A stretch of 64,000 nucleotides of DNA. Source: Halorussus marinus. Lineage in GTDB: Archaea; Halobacteriota; Halobacteria; Halobacteriales; Haladaptataceae. Position numbers and translations under genes: made by a program. The notes beneath the pieces are model-generated. The model did not search any database. It saw only the letters and a program-made list of their open reading frames with translations, and was not told where the DNA came from. The number at the start of each line of letters is the position of its first letter. Within the stretch, counting starts at the first letter, position 1. Positions 49,124-59,365 of this stretch are shown here, piece after piece. The stretch is from positions 310,001-374,000 of the forward strand of contig NZ_SBIV01000003.1 of the NCBI RefSeq assembly GCF_004765795.1, read 5' to 3'.

Positions 49124-50080
49124 CTACTCCGGGAAGATCCGCTGGGGGAGGTACGCCGAAACGACCCAGTTTGGCTTGTCGACGACCTCGTTGATCTTGA
49201 GGTCGACGATCGCCGAGCACAGCAGGTACGCCTCCGCGCCGGTCAGCCCGCGGTTCTCGCGGAGGTGATCGATCATGGCGCGGACCGCCTCCTTGGTCGC
49301 GTCCATCAGGTCGTCGCTGATGCCGGTCGTACCGTACGCCGGCTCGCCGGCGCCGTGGGCCGAGTAGGGACCGGTCGTCTCGAAGGTCGGCCGATCGACC
49401 GACCGGTCGGACGCGAGCCGGAGTCGGGCGGTCACCGTCATCGGCGCCTCGATGCCCGTGACACAGACCTCGCCGTCGCCCTGCGCGCCGTGGCAGTCGC
49501 CGACGCTGAACAGCGCGCCCGCGACCTCGACCGGCAGGTAGAGCGTCGAACCCGCGGTCAGGTGCTTCACGTCGAGGTTCCCGCCGACCCGGCGGGGCGG
49601 CGTGGTGCTGTGCGAGCCGTCCTCGCCGGGCGCGACCCCGAGGTTCCCCGGGAAGGGGTCGAGGGGAACCTCGATCCCGTTCGCGAAGCGGCCCACGTCG
49701 CCGTCGAGGTCCCAGACGTGGAGGCCGGCGTCCGGGAACTCCTCGGAGAGTAGTCCCCACTCCTCCGCGCCGGGGTAGAAGTACGAGTAGCCGATCCCCT
49801 CGTGTTCGAGGTCGAGCAGGTCGACCGCGAGCGTGTCGTCCGGCCGTGCGCCCTTGACCGCGACCGGGCCGGTCAGCGGGTGGCCGCCCCCGACGTCGAC
49901 CATCTCGACCACGTCCGCGACGGTCGAGTCCTCGTCGAGGTAGCCGTCGGTGGCGTCCCGACAGTCGAACTCCACGACCGCCCCCGGTTCGACCGTCCGC
50001 ACGGGGTCGTGGTCGTTGTCCCACGTCTGATGGACGTTGTCGTCGCTGGCGTCGATTCGGTAGTCCGGCGTGGCTGACAT
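49124..50080 (-). CDS. Acetamidase/formamidase family protein
   Basis: HPLTGPV, GGNLD, FSVGDCHGAQGDGEVC..GIE. Confidence 0.93.
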   Translation of the reverse strand: MSATPDYRIDASDDNVHQTWDNDHDPVRTVEPGAVVEFDCRDATDGYLDEDSTVADVVEMVDVGGGHPLTGPVAVKGARPDDTLAVDLLDLEHEGIGYSYFYPGAEEWGLLSEEFPDAGLHVWDLDGDVGRFANGIEVPLDPFPGNLGVAPGEDGSHSTTPPRRVGGNLDVKHLTAGSTLYLPVEVAGALFSVGDCHGAQGDGEVCVTGIEAPMTVTARLRLASDRSVDRPTFETTGPYSAHGAGEPAYGTTGISDDLMDATKEAVRAMIDHLRENRGLTGAEAYLLCSAIVDLKINEVVDKPNWVVSAYLPQRIFPE

Positions 50081-50237
50081 GGCGATGCACGTCACTCCGT
50101 GGCACAGCGGCTTAAACGTGGAGAACGCGGAACCGTGGATTGATAGTCGCCACCTCCGTGGTTGGGCGCATGACGGACGGTACCGACGGCTCGCGTCGGC
50201 GCGACGCGGCCGATCCGCGACACGGGAGGGCGAGGCC

Positions 50238-52466
50238 GTGAGCGACCGCATCGCGAAGCTCGACGACGCGACGATCCGGAAGATCGCGGCCGGCGAAGTG
50301 GTCGAGCGCCCCGCCTCGGTGGTGAAAGAGCTGGTCGAGAACAGCCTCGACGCCGACGCCGACCGCATCGACGTGACCGTCGAGGCCGGCGGCACCGACC
50401 GGGTCGTCGTCAGCGACGACGGCGTCGGGATGAGCGAGACCGACCTCCGGACCGCGGTCGAAGAACACACCACGAGCAAGATCAGCGACGCCGAGGACCT
50501 CGACTCGGGCGTGACGACGCTGGGGTTCCGCGGCGAGGCGCTCCACACCATCGGGGCGGTCGCCAGAGTGACCATCACCTCCAAGCCCCGGGGTGGCGAC
50601 CGCGCGACCGAGCTCCGACTGGAGGACGGCGAGGTCGAGTCGGTCGGTCCCGCGGGTCGGCCCGAGGGCACCACCGTCGAGGTCGCGGACCTCTTCTACA
50701 ACACGCCCGCCCGCCGGAAGTACCTCAAGACCGAGACCACGGAGTTCTCCCACGTCAACACGGTCGTGACCCGCTACGCGCTTGCGAACCCCGACGTGGC
50801 CGTCTCGCTGACCCACGACGACCGCGAGGTGTTCGCCACCTCGGGCCGCGGGGACCTCCAGTCGGCGCTCCTGTCGGTGTACGGCCGGGAGGTCGCCACG
50901 TCGATGATTCGGGTCGAGGGCGAGGCGGCCGGCGACGGCGTGTCGGTCTCGGGCTACGTCAGCGACCCCGAGACCACCCGGAGCACCCGCGAGTACCTCT
51001 CGACCTACGTCAACGGCCGGTACGTGAGTTCGGCGACCGTCCGGGACGCCGTGCTCTCGGCGTACGGCGGCCAGCTCTCGGCCGAACGGTACCCCTTCGC
51101 GGTCCTGTTCGTCGAGGTCCCGCCGGGCGAGGTCGACGTCAACGTCCACCCCCGCAAAATGGAGTGTCGCTGGGAGCACGAGCAGGCGGTCCGGGACGCG
51201 GTCGAGGCCGCGGTCGAATCGGCGCTACTCGACGCCGGCCTCGTCCGGTCGTCGGCGCCCCGCGGGGCGAGCGCCCCCGAGGAGGCGAGCGTCGATCCCG
51301 AACCGGACGCCGGCGAGCAGGCCGAACTGACCGAGCGGGGGGCCGCCGCCGACCGCGAGCAGTCGACGCTCGACGGGTCCGACCGGTCGGACGGATCGGC
51401 CCGCGGGACCGCCGACGGGCCGGCCCAAGCGGCCCGCGGGACCGCCGAAGCGACGGCCGACACCGCCGAGGAGACCGCGACGGCCGCCACCGAGGAGCGT
51501 TCGCGCGCGTCCGCGGAGTCGCCCGTTGAGTCCGGGACAGGGTCGTCCGCGAATGACCCCGCAGGCCGGCCCGCGGCCTCCCAATCGAGTGTGGAGGGGG
51601 CCGAATCGGGCGCGAGCGGTTCGGTGGACGGTCCCGGCTCGTCGGCGGACGCTTCGACCGCGCCGACTCGCGGCACCGGGGGCGACGCCGCCCGCCGCGA
51701 CCGCCCGGACGACGCCGACGGGTCGTCCGACGACGCCGTCGGTTCGACCACCGCCGAACCGGACGCGACCGGCGACCGGAAGTTCGCCGGCCCGACCGAC
51801 GCGGCGACACTCGACGGCGCGTCGCCCGACGATCCCGAGTTCGAGACCCTGCCGCGGATGCGGGTGCTCGGCCAACTCCACGACACTTACGTCGTCGCCG
51901 AGACGTCCGACGGGCTGGTGCTCGTCGATCAGCACGCCGCCGACGAGCGCATCAACTACGAGCGGCTCGTCGCCGAGTTCGAGGACGACGCGACCACCCA
52001 GATGCTGGCCGAACCGGTCGAGCTCGAACTCACCGCGGGCGAGGCCGCGGTGTTCGACGACCACCGCGAGGCGCTCGAACGGCTTGGGTTCCGGGCCGAG
52101 CGCGCGGACGGCGAGCGCACCGTCCGCGTCCGGACCGCGCCGACCGTCCTCGACGCCACGCTGGAGCCCGCGCTCCTCCGGGACGCGCTGGGGGAGTTCG
52201 TCTCGACCGACGCCGCCGACCGCGGCGACACCGTCGAGGCGGTCGCCGACGACCTGCTGGCGGATCTGGCGTGTTACCCGTCGATCACCGGAAACACGTC
52301 GCTCCGCGAGGGATCTGTCGTCGAACTGCTCTCGGCGCTCGACGACTGCGAGAACCCTTACGCCTGCCCGCACGGCCGCCCCGTGCTCATCGAGTTTTCG
52401 GAGGCGGAGATCGAAGACCGGTTCGAGCGCGACTACCCCGGCCACGCGGGCCGGCGCGCGGAGTAG
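50238..52466 (+). CDS. mutL: DNA mismatch repair protein MutL
   Basis: IAAGEVVERPASVVKELVENSLDA, LGFRGEAL, DVNVHP, DQHAADER, CPHGRP. Confidence 0.97.
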   Translation: MSDRIAKLDDATIRKIAAGEVVERPASVVKELVENSLDADADRIDVTVEAGGTDRVVVSDDGVGMSETDLRTAVEEHTTSKISDAEDLDSGVTTLGFRGEALHTIGAVARVTITSKPRGGDRATELRLEDGEVESVGPAGRPEGTTVEVADLFYNTPARRKYLKTETTEFSHVNTVVTRYALANPDVAVSLTHDDREVFATSGRGDLQSALLSVYGREVATSMIRVEGEAAGDGVSVSGYVSDPETTRSTREYLSTYVNGRYVSSATVRDAVLSAYGGQLSAERYPFAVLFVEVPPGEVDVNVHPRKMECRWEHEQAVRDAVEAAVESALLDAGLVRSSAPRGASAPEEASVDPEPDAGEQAELTERGAAADREQSTLDGSDRSDGSARGTADGPAQAARGTAEATADTAEETATAATEERSRASAESPVESGTGSSANDPAGRPAASQSSVEGAESGASGSVDGPGSSADASTAPTRGTGGDAARRDRPDDADGSSDDAVGSTTAEPDATGDRKFAGPTDAATLDGASPDDPEFETLPRMRVLGQLHDTYVVAETSDGLVLVDQHAADERINYERLVAEFEDDATTQMLAEPVELELTAGEAAVFDDHREALERLGFRAERADGERTVRVRTAPTVLDATLEPALLRDALGEFVSTDAADRGDTVEAVADDLLADLACYPSITGNTSLREGSVVELLSALDDCENPYACPHGRPVLIEFSEAEIEDRFERDYPGHAGRRAE

Positions 52467-52476
52467 TCCGGCGCCG

Positions 52477-53772
52477 CTACGCGCTCTCGGACGCCGCCGC
52501 GATGGCCTGATCGAGGTCCGCGACGATGTCCTCGACGTCTTCGATGCCCACCGACAGCCGGACGAGGTCGGGCGTGGTGCCGCTCGCGAGCTGTTCTTCC
52601 TCGGTGAGCTGTTGGTGGGTTGTGCTCGCGGGGTGGATGATCAGGGTCTTGGCGTCGCCGACGTTCGCGAGCAGGCTCGCGAGTTCGGTCTCCTCGGTGA
52701 CCGCGCGACCGGCCTCGTAGCCGCCCTCCAGCCCGAAGGTGATCATGCCGCCGTAGCCGCCCTCCAGGTACTCGCTGGCGTTGTCGTGGGTCTCGTGGCT
52801 CTCCAGCCCGGGGTAGTTGACCCACGCCACGTCGTCGTGGTCTTCGAGGTACTCCGCGACCGCCAGTGCGTTCTCGGAGTGGCGCTCGACTCTGAGCGGT
52901 AGGCTCTCCATCTTCTGGAGGGTGACCCACGCGTCGAACGGCGACTGCTGATTGCCGAGGTCGCGCAGACCGCGGGCGCGGGCGGTGTAGGCGAACGCGG
53001 CGTCGCCGAACCGCTCGCGGAAGTTCACGCCGTGGTAGGCCGGGTTCTCCTCGGCGATCTCGGGGTAGTCGGCCTCTTCCCACGGGAAGTTCCCGCCGTC
53101 GACGAGCGCCCCGCCGACCGTCGAGCCGCTACCGTGGATCCACTTGGTGGTCGAGTGCCAGACGATGTCGGCGCCGTGTTCGATCGGGTTGCAGAGGTAC
53201 GGCGTCGCGAACGTGTTGTCGACCACCAGCGGCACGTCGTGGTCGTGGGCGATGTCGGCGACCCGCTTGATGTCGGGCGTGACCAGCGCGGGGTTGCCGA
53301 CGGTTTCGAGGTGGACGTACGCGGTGTCCTCGTCGATGGCCTCGTCGTAGGCGTCGTAGTCGAGGGTGTCGACGAACTTCGCCTCGATCCCCCGCCGGGG
53401 CGCGGTGTGGGTGAAGTAGGTGTAGGTGCCGCCGTACAGCGACGAGGCGGTGACGACGTTGTCGCCCTGCTCGGCGAGCACGAAGGTGGCGAGGTTGAGC
53501 GCGCCCATTCCGCTCGCGGTCGCCAGCCCCGCGACCCCGCCTTCGAGGGTGGCGAGTCGCTCCTCTAAGGTCGCGTTCGTGGGGTTCATGATGCGGCTGT
53601 AGATGTTGCCCGGCTCTTCGAGCGCGAACAGCGACGCGGCGTGCTCGGCGTCGTCGAAGACGTACGAGGTGGTCTGGTAGATCGGCGGCGCGCGCGCGCC
53701 GGTCGCCGAGTCGGGCTCTTGGCCGGCGTGGACGCTCTCGGTGTGGAAACTGCGGTCGTCGGAGTCGGTCAT
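52477..53772 (-). CDS. metY: O-acetylhomoserine aminocarboxypropyltransferase
   Basis: [44 protein letters not shown]. Confidence 0.94.
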   Translation of the reverse strand: MTDSDDRSFHTESVHAGQEPDSATGARAPPIYQTTSYVFDDAEHAASLFALEEPGNIYSRIMNPTNATLEERLATLEGGVAGLATASGMGALNLATFVLAEQGDNVVTASSLYGGTYTYFTHTAPRRGIEAKFVDTLDYDAYDEAIDEDTAYVHLETVGNPALVTPDIKRVADIAHDHDVPLVVDNTFATPYLCNPIEHGADIVWHSTTKWIHGSGSTVGGALVDGGNFPWEEADYPEIAEENPAYHGVNFRERFGDAAFAYTARARGLRDLGNQQSPFDAWVTLQKMESLPLRVERHSENALAVAEYLEDHDDVAWVNYPGLESHETHDNASEYLEGGYGGMITFGLEGGYEAGRAVTEETELASLLANVGDAKTLIIHPASTTHQQLTEEEQLASGTTPDLVRLSVGIEDVEDIVADLDQAIAAASESA

Positions 53773-53941
53773 GACGGTCGGAGACACGCACGCCGACCGC
53801 TTATGTCGGCGGGTGTCAGCAAGTACTGCGGTTCGGACGCGGTATCGGCAATTGTCACCGCCGATCGGCTCGGACGACGGGACCCCGATCGCGACGCCGG
53901 CGACCGAGTCCGTTATGGCCCGCGGCCACGACGCCCGACAC

Positions 53942-54895
53942 ATGACCGATCTCGTGACGTTCGGAGAGACGATGCTTCGACTCTCGCCCCCGCGGGGCGA
54001 GCGCCTCGAAACCGCGACCGACCTCGAATTCCGGGCCGCCGGCGCCGAGAGCAACGTCGCGGTCGCGGCGAGCCGGCTCGATGCGGACGCCGTCTGGACC
54101 TCGAAGCTCCCCGACTCGCCGCTCGGCCGGCGCGTGGTCGCGGGCCTGCGGCGCCACGGCGTCGAAACCGACGTCGTCTGGAGCGACGAGGGCCGACAGG
54201 GGACCTACTACCTCGAACACGCCGGCACGCCCCGCGGGACGAACGTCGTCTACGACCGCGAGGGCGCGGCGGTCACCACCGCCGAGTTCGCGGAGTTGCC
54301 GGTTTCGCGGGTCGAAGACGCCGAGTACGTCTACACCAGCGGCATCACGCCCGCCCTCTCGGAGACGCTCGAAGCGACCACGGCCGAGTTGCTCGCGGCC
54401 GCGAGCGACGCCGGCGCGACCACCGCGTTCGACGTGAACTACCGGGGGAAGCTCTGGTCGCCGGCGGCGGCCCGCGAGAGCCTCGAAGCGCTGTTCCCCG
54501 ACGTCGACGTGCTCGTGACCGCCGAGCGCGACGCCCGGGAGGTGCTCGCCAGGACTGGCGACGCCGGAGCGATCGCGGCCGGGCTCGCCGAGGAGTTCGG
54601 CTTCGAGACGGTCGTCGTCACCCGCGGGGAGGACGGCGCGCTCGCCCGCCACGACGGCGCGGTCCACGAGCAGGCCGCCTTCGAGACCGACACCCTCGAC
54701 CCCATCGGGACCGGCGACGCCTTCGTCGGGGCGTTCCTCGCCCGCCGGCTCGCGGGCGACGGCGTGGCGACCGCCATGGAGTACGGCGCGGCGACCGCCG
54801 CGCTCAAGCGCACCATCCCCGGCGACGTGGCGGTCGTCACGCGCGAGGAGGTCGAGCGCGTGCTCGCGGAGGGAGGCGAGGAGATCAAGCGGTAG
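53942..54895 (+). CDS. kdgK: 2-keto-3-deoxygluconate kinase (PfkB family)
   Basis: [35 protein letters not shown]. Confidence 0.92.
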   Translation: MTDLVTFGETMLRLSPPRGERLETATDLEFRAAGAESNVAVAASRLDADAVWTSKLPDSPLGRRVVAGLRRHGVETDVVWSDEGRQGTYYLEHAGTPRGTNVVYDREGAAVTTAEFAELPVSRVEDAEYVYTSGITPALSETLEATTAELLAAASDAGATTAFDVNYRGKLWSPAAARESLEALFPDVDVLVTAERDAREVLARTGDAGAIAAGLAEEFGFETVVVTRGEDGALARHDGAVHEQAAFETDTLDPIGTGDAFVGAFLARRLAGDGVATAMEYGAATAALKRTIPGDVAVVTREEVERVLAEGGEEIKR

Positions 54896-55005
54896 CTCCT
54901 CGCGGTGATCCGGAACGCGGTCCCGCGGTTCGGGCCGGCCGCAGACCCGCGTCCGCCCGGAGGCCAGAAAGCGTATAAGGTGACGATCGCTCACGCCCGA
55001 TCGGA

Positions 55006-56214
55006 ATGACACGACTCGCGATCGCCCTGCTGGTTCTCGTCGCCGCGGCGACCGCCGCGCCGATCGCGGCCGGCCAATCGTCGACCCGAACGTACGCCGG
55101 CACGCACGTCTCGTTCGACACCGCCGACGGCGCGGTGGTCGACTACGCGGTCGACGGCGAACCGATGCTCGACGCCGTGCGCGTCGAGTCACGGCGCGAC
55201 GTCGAGGACGGCGCGCTCGTCGACGCCGGCGCGTCGCTGTCGGCGGTGACCCGGATCGACGGGGCGGCGCTCGACCTCGAAGCCGACGCCGGGACCGGGG
55301 CTCGTCTCGCGGTCGGGAACGGCGCGACGGTGACCGCCCACGACGGCGGCCACGGCGTCCTCCTCGTCGAGTCGGGCGACCGGTCCGACTACGTGGTCGC
55401 GGACCTCCCGGCGGGCGCGACCGCCTCGGCCGAGAGCGACTCGCGGGTCGCGGTCACCACCGCCGACGGCACGAACGCCACCGTCCTCGTCGTCGGCGAG
55501 GGCACCCTCACGGTCAACGACGACGGCGGCGTGACCGCCCGCCTCGGCGAGGACGGCCGGCTCGCGTTCCGATCGTACCCGGCCGGCACGGACGCCGGCG
55601 ACGACCGACAGGAGCGACTCATCGCCGACGGGCGGGCCGCCGCCGAGACCTACGTCGCGTCGGCCGGCGCCGACCCCGCGATCGGGGCCGTGACCTACGA
55701 TCGGAACACCACCGTCGAGGCCGCCGACGCGACCGACAGCGCGGTGACCGTCACGGTGACTCGGACGACCGACGGGGGGACGGTGTTGCTCACCGGCCTT
55801 CCCGGACGGGCGCCGGACGCGACCGACGACCTGACCGTGACGGTGGACGGCGAGGCCGCCGCCGAGGCCGCCGCGTACACCCAACTGGAGAGCGCGCTCG
55901 GGAGCGAGCAGTCCCGGTACATGGTCGAGAGCGGCGCCGAGGCGTCGGCCGGCGCCGACGTGGTGGTCGCGGTCAATCGCTTCTCGGCGCGGACGGTCAC
56001 GGTGGTGTCGGACGACGCGGCCGACGGCGTCGCGACGGCCGAGACGACGGCCGGAGCCGACGCCGCGAACGGGGAGCCGTCGACCGGGACCGCCACCGAC
56101 GGCACGGACGCCGACGCCACCGCGCCCGGCGGCGACGGCGGCGTCTCCGGGTTCACCGCGACGATCGCGGCCGTCGCGCTCGCGGGGGCCGCGCTCGTCG
56201 CCCGGCGCCGATAG
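55006..56214 (+). CDS. Secreted surface protein with PGF-CTERM-like anchor
   Basis: Signal peptide, Thr/Asp-rich linker, VSGF + TM helix + RRR C-terminus. Confidence 0.8.
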   Translation: MTRLAIALLVLVAAATAAPIAAGQSSTRTYAGTHVSFDTADGAVVDYAVDGEPMLDAVRVESRRDVEDGALVDAGASLSAVTRIDGAALDLEADAGTGARLAVGNGATVTAHDGGHGVLLVESGDRSDYVVADLPAGATASAESDSRVAVTTADGTNATVLVVGEGTLTVNDDGGVTARLGEDGRLAFRSYPAGTDAGDDRQERLIADGRAAAETYVASAGADPAIGAVTYDRNTTVEAADATDSAVTVTVTRTTDGGTVLLTGLPGRAPDATDDLTVTVDGEAAAEAAAYTQLESALGSEQSRYMVESGAEASAGADVVVAVNRFSARTVTVVSDDAADGVATAETTAGADAANGEPSTGTATDGTDADATAPGGDGGVSGFTATIAAVALAGAALVARRR

Positions 56215-56297
56215 CTCGGGGTCGGCGCCGGTCCGACCCGCCGGTCGGAGCGCCGCGGGCCGAACGACTAAATCCGCGGGCCGACGTTGTTCGATAC

Positions 56298-57710
56298 ATG
56301 ACTACTCGCGTCGTCGTCGTCGGCGCCTACGGGAGCGCCGGGGTCGCGGTCGCACAGGAACTGGTCGAGGCGGACGATCTGGAGCTCACGCTCGTCGACG
56401 ACGGCGAGCCCGGCGGCGGGCTCTGCATCCTCCGGGGATGCATGCCCTCGAAGGAGGTGCTGTCGGCGGCCGAACACCGGTTTCAGGCGCGCCACGACCA
56501 CCGGACCGAGGGGGTCCCGACGGTCGACCTCGACGCGGTCGTCGAGACCAAAGACGAACACATCGGCAACTTCGCGGCCCACCGGCGGGCCGCGGTCCAC
56601 GCGCTCGCCGAGCGCGACGGCGTCGAGTTCCTCGACGAGACCGCCGCGTTCGTCGACGACCACACGGTGGCGGTCGGCGACCGGGAGATCGAGGCCGACT
56701 ACGTGGTGATCGCGACGGGCTCTACGCTCAACGTGCCCGACCTGCCCGGCCTCGACGACGTCGAGTACGCGACCAGCGCCGACGTGCTCGACGCGACCTC
56801 GTTTCCCGACTCGGGGGTCGTGATGGGCTTCGGTTACGTCGGACTCGAACTCGCGCCGTACCTCTCGGAGGCCGCCGAGATGGACCTCACCGTGATCGAA
56901 CACGACGACGCGCCCCTCGACGAGGCCGACGATCGCTTCGGGGCGGAACTGCTCGACATCTACCGCGACGCGTTCGGAATCGAGGTGCTGACCAACGCCA
57001 CCGAGCGATCGGTCGAGCCGACCGACGACGGCGGGGTGCGACTCCGCGTCGAACGCGAGACCGACGCCGGGACCGAGGCCGAGGCGGTCGAGGCCGACCG
57101 GCTGTTCCTGTTCACCGGTCGTCGTCCCGCGCTCGACGGCCTCGGCCTCGAACAGACCGCGCTCGACCCCGGCGCGGGGTGGGTCGACGCGACCATGCAG
57201 GCCCGCGACGACGACCGGGTGTTCGTGGTCGGGGACGCCAACGGCCGCGAGCCCATCCTCCACGTCGCCAAAGAGCAGGGGTTCCGCGCCGCCGAGAACA
57301 TCCTCGCCCACCGCGAGGGTCGGGAACCGGAGCCGTACCGCAACGTCCACCACCACGTCGTGTTCTCGGGCGCGGGCGTCTACCCGTTCGCCCGCGTCGG
57401 CGTCTCGGAGGCGGCCGCCGCGGCCGGGGAGTGTGACTACGTGGCGGTCACCCGCGAGGCAAGCGACGACGGCGTGTTCAAGACCAAGGCGGTCCCGGAG
57501 GGGTTCGCGAAGCTCGTGGTCGACGCCGACGACGGCACCGTCTTGGGGTATCAGGGGCTCCACTACCACGCCGACGCGATGGCCAAGACGATGCAGATTC
57601 TCGTCGAAAACGAGGTCGACGTCCGGGAGGTCCCCGACCGGGCCTACCATCCCACGACCCCGGAGATACTCGACGGCCTGTTCCGGGACGCGACCCAGCG
57701 GCTGGACTAA
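56298..57710 (+). CDS. Dihydrolipoamide dehydrogenase-family flavoprotein disulfide reductase
   Basis: GGLCILRGCMPSK, IATGS, GFGYVG, VVGD, HPTTPE. Confidence 0.9.
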   Translation: MTTRVVVVGAYGSAGVAVAQELVEADDLELTLVDDGEPGGGLCILRGCMPSKEVLSAAEHRFQARHDHRTEGVPTVDLDAVVETKDEHIGNFAAHRRAAVHALAERDGVEFLDETAAFVDDHTVAVGDREIEADYVVIATGSTLNVPDLPGLDDVEYATSADVLDATSFPDSGVVMGFGYVGLELAPYLSEAAEMDLTVIEHDDAPLDEADDRFGAELLDIYRDAFGIEVLTNATERSVEPTDDGGVRLRVERETDAGTEAEAVEADRLFLFTGRRPALDGLGLEQTALDPGAGWVDATMQARDDDRVFVVGDANGREPILHVAKEQGFRAAENILAHREGREPEPYRNVHHHVVFSGAGVYPFARVGVSEAAAAAGECDYVAVTREASDDGVFKTKAVPEGFAKLVVDADDGTVLGYQGLHYHADAMAKTMQILVENEVDVREVPDRAYHPTTPEILDGLFRDATQRLD

Positions 57711-57883
57711 TCGACGTACTCCTCGGGGTTCTCCGCGAACGCTTCGCGGTGGGCCTCGCTACAGAACGCGTAGCTCTCCCCGTCGTACTCGGCGGTCGCG
57801 GGCGCGTAGCTCTCCTCGCGGTAGTCGGTCTCCTCTGGCGCGGTCACGTCGACGTCCATGCCGCAGACCGGACACGTTGGCAT
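57707..57883 (-). CDS. YHS/TRASH-domain small protein
   Basis: CPVCGM...YDGESYAFCS...FAENPEEY. Confidence 0.88.
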   Translation of the reverse strand: MPTCPVCGMDVDVTAPEETDYREESYAPATAEYDGESYAFCSEAHREAFAENPEEYVD

Positions 57884-58000
57884 CGTCGCGCGTACGACCG
57901 TGGCCGGCGAGTAGTTTGTGGCCCGGCGGGTCGGAGACGCGTCCGCGATCTCGCCGGGGGAGCCCCAATGTATACCCGTTCGCCCGACGAAGGTCTCGCC

Positions 58001-58384
58001 ATGGCGCTCGTCGAAATCAACCTCAGCAAGCCCGCGCTCGTCGAAGAGATCCCGGAGCCAGCCACCGAAACCGCCCGCGACCGAGCCGGCTCGTCCGACG
58101 GGTCGGGCTCGGCCCCGGCCGATCGATCCGAGGACGGCGGGTCCTCGGGCGGGAAGCTCAAGCTCGTCGGCCTGCTCGCGGCGGTCGCCGCGGTCGGGGC
58201 CGCGGTCGTCAAACTCAAAGGTCGGGGCACCGACGCCGATCGGTCTGCAGAGTACGACCACGGCTCCGAGCCCGAGATCGGCGGCGACGAATCGGGCGGT
58301 CGGATGCGCAAGCTCGCGGGCGTCGTCGGTCTCGTGGCCGCGGTCGCGAGCACCCTCCTCATCGCGCGCAAGCGTCGGAACTGA
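58001..58384 (+). CDS. Hypothetical membrane protein
   Basis: Two similar units of GGK/R + hydrophobic helix + basic tail. Confidence 0.75.
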   Translation: MALVEINLSKPALVEEIPEPATETARDRAGSSDGSGSAPADRSEDGGSSGGKLKLVGLLAAVAAVGAAVVKLKGRGTDADRSAEYDHGSEPEIGGDESGGRMRKLAGVVGLVAAVASTLLIARKRRN

Positions 58385-58455
58385 CCCGTTTCTGGCGGCG
58401 CTCGGCACAAAAACTTAAATGTGATGTGCGAGTTAGCCGAAACTACCCGATCACT

Positions 58456-58935
58456 ATGTCGACGAATCCCGGAGCCTACGACCTGCGCGACCTGCGGTGC
58501 CTCGCGGACCCGAACCGGGAGACGCCCGACGCGTTCGCCGACGCCGACCTCCCCGCCTCGCCCGACGAGGTGCTCAGACACACCCAGCGCGACGAACTGG
58601 TCCGGCTCCAGAGCCAGTTCTCGGCGGTCGGAGCGCTCCCGGACAAGCCATATCTCGCGGGGCTCCCCGACCGGTACGGCGCGGAGGTCGTCGTCTTCGA
58701 GTGGCTCGATTTCCTCATCAACAAGGCCGGCTTCGAGAACACCGGCAACGCGCTCGACTACTACGAGGAGGTCGGCTGGATCACCGACGAGACCCGAGGC
58801 GAACTCCGGGAGTACATGCGCGGGTTCTCGGAGGTCCAGAGCTTCGATCCCGACCGGCCCGGCCCGGCGGACCTCGACGTCGACGACCACGTCATGAGTC
58901 TGGTGTACATCGCGCGCCTCTCGTCGGTGCGCTGA
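58456..58935 (+). CDS. Stand-alone ArlD/E (FlaD/E) C-terminal-domain protein
   Basis: KPYLAGLP, FEWLDFL, ALDYYEEVGWI, DHVMSLVYI. Confidence 0.85.
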   Translation: MSTNPGAYDLRDLRCLADPNRETPDAFADADLPASPDEVLRHTQRDELVRLQSQFSAVGALPDKPYLAGLPDRYGAEVVVFEWLDFLINKAGFENTGNALDYYEEVGWITDETRGELREYMRGFSEVQSFDPDRPGPADLDVDDHVMSLVYIARLSSVR

Positions 58936-59034
58936 GCGCCCGCGCGACGCGACCGCCTCGCGCGCCGACTCGTCCGGCCGGACCGCCCGGTCGGCGGCAG
59001 AAGAGCAAAGTACCATGACACCGTATACCACGGT

Positions 59035-59319
59035 ATGGGCGTGTGGGGCTGGATCGTCCTGTACGTGCTGGTGTTCTCGTTGCTCCAGTTGTTCGTCTAC
59101 CGCTACCTCCGGCGCGACGGCGACGCGAACGCCGACCACGCGCTGTTCCGCGCGACGCCGCCAAACGCCGAGTCGGCCGGCGTCGACGAGCCCGCGGAGT
59201 TCGACGACCTCCCCCGGAACGACGACCCCTCGGTCGTGGTCTGTCCGGGCTGTGGCGCCGAAAACGAGGCGGGCTACACCTACTGCTGGAACTGCGTGAA
59301 CCCGATCACCGCGCGGTGA
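59035..59319 (+). CDS. Membrane-anchored zinc-ribbon protein
   Basis: N-terminal TM, CPGCGAEN..YTYCWNC. Confidence 0.82.
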   Translation: MGVWGWIVLYVLVFSLLQLFVYRYLRRDGDANADHALFRATPPNAESAGVDEPAEFDDLPRNDDPSVVVCPGCGAENEAGYTYCWNCVNPITAR

Positions 59320-59365
59320 CCCGGCGAAGCGCGGACTTTTGGTCTCCGAGCCCGGACCGGCGGGT

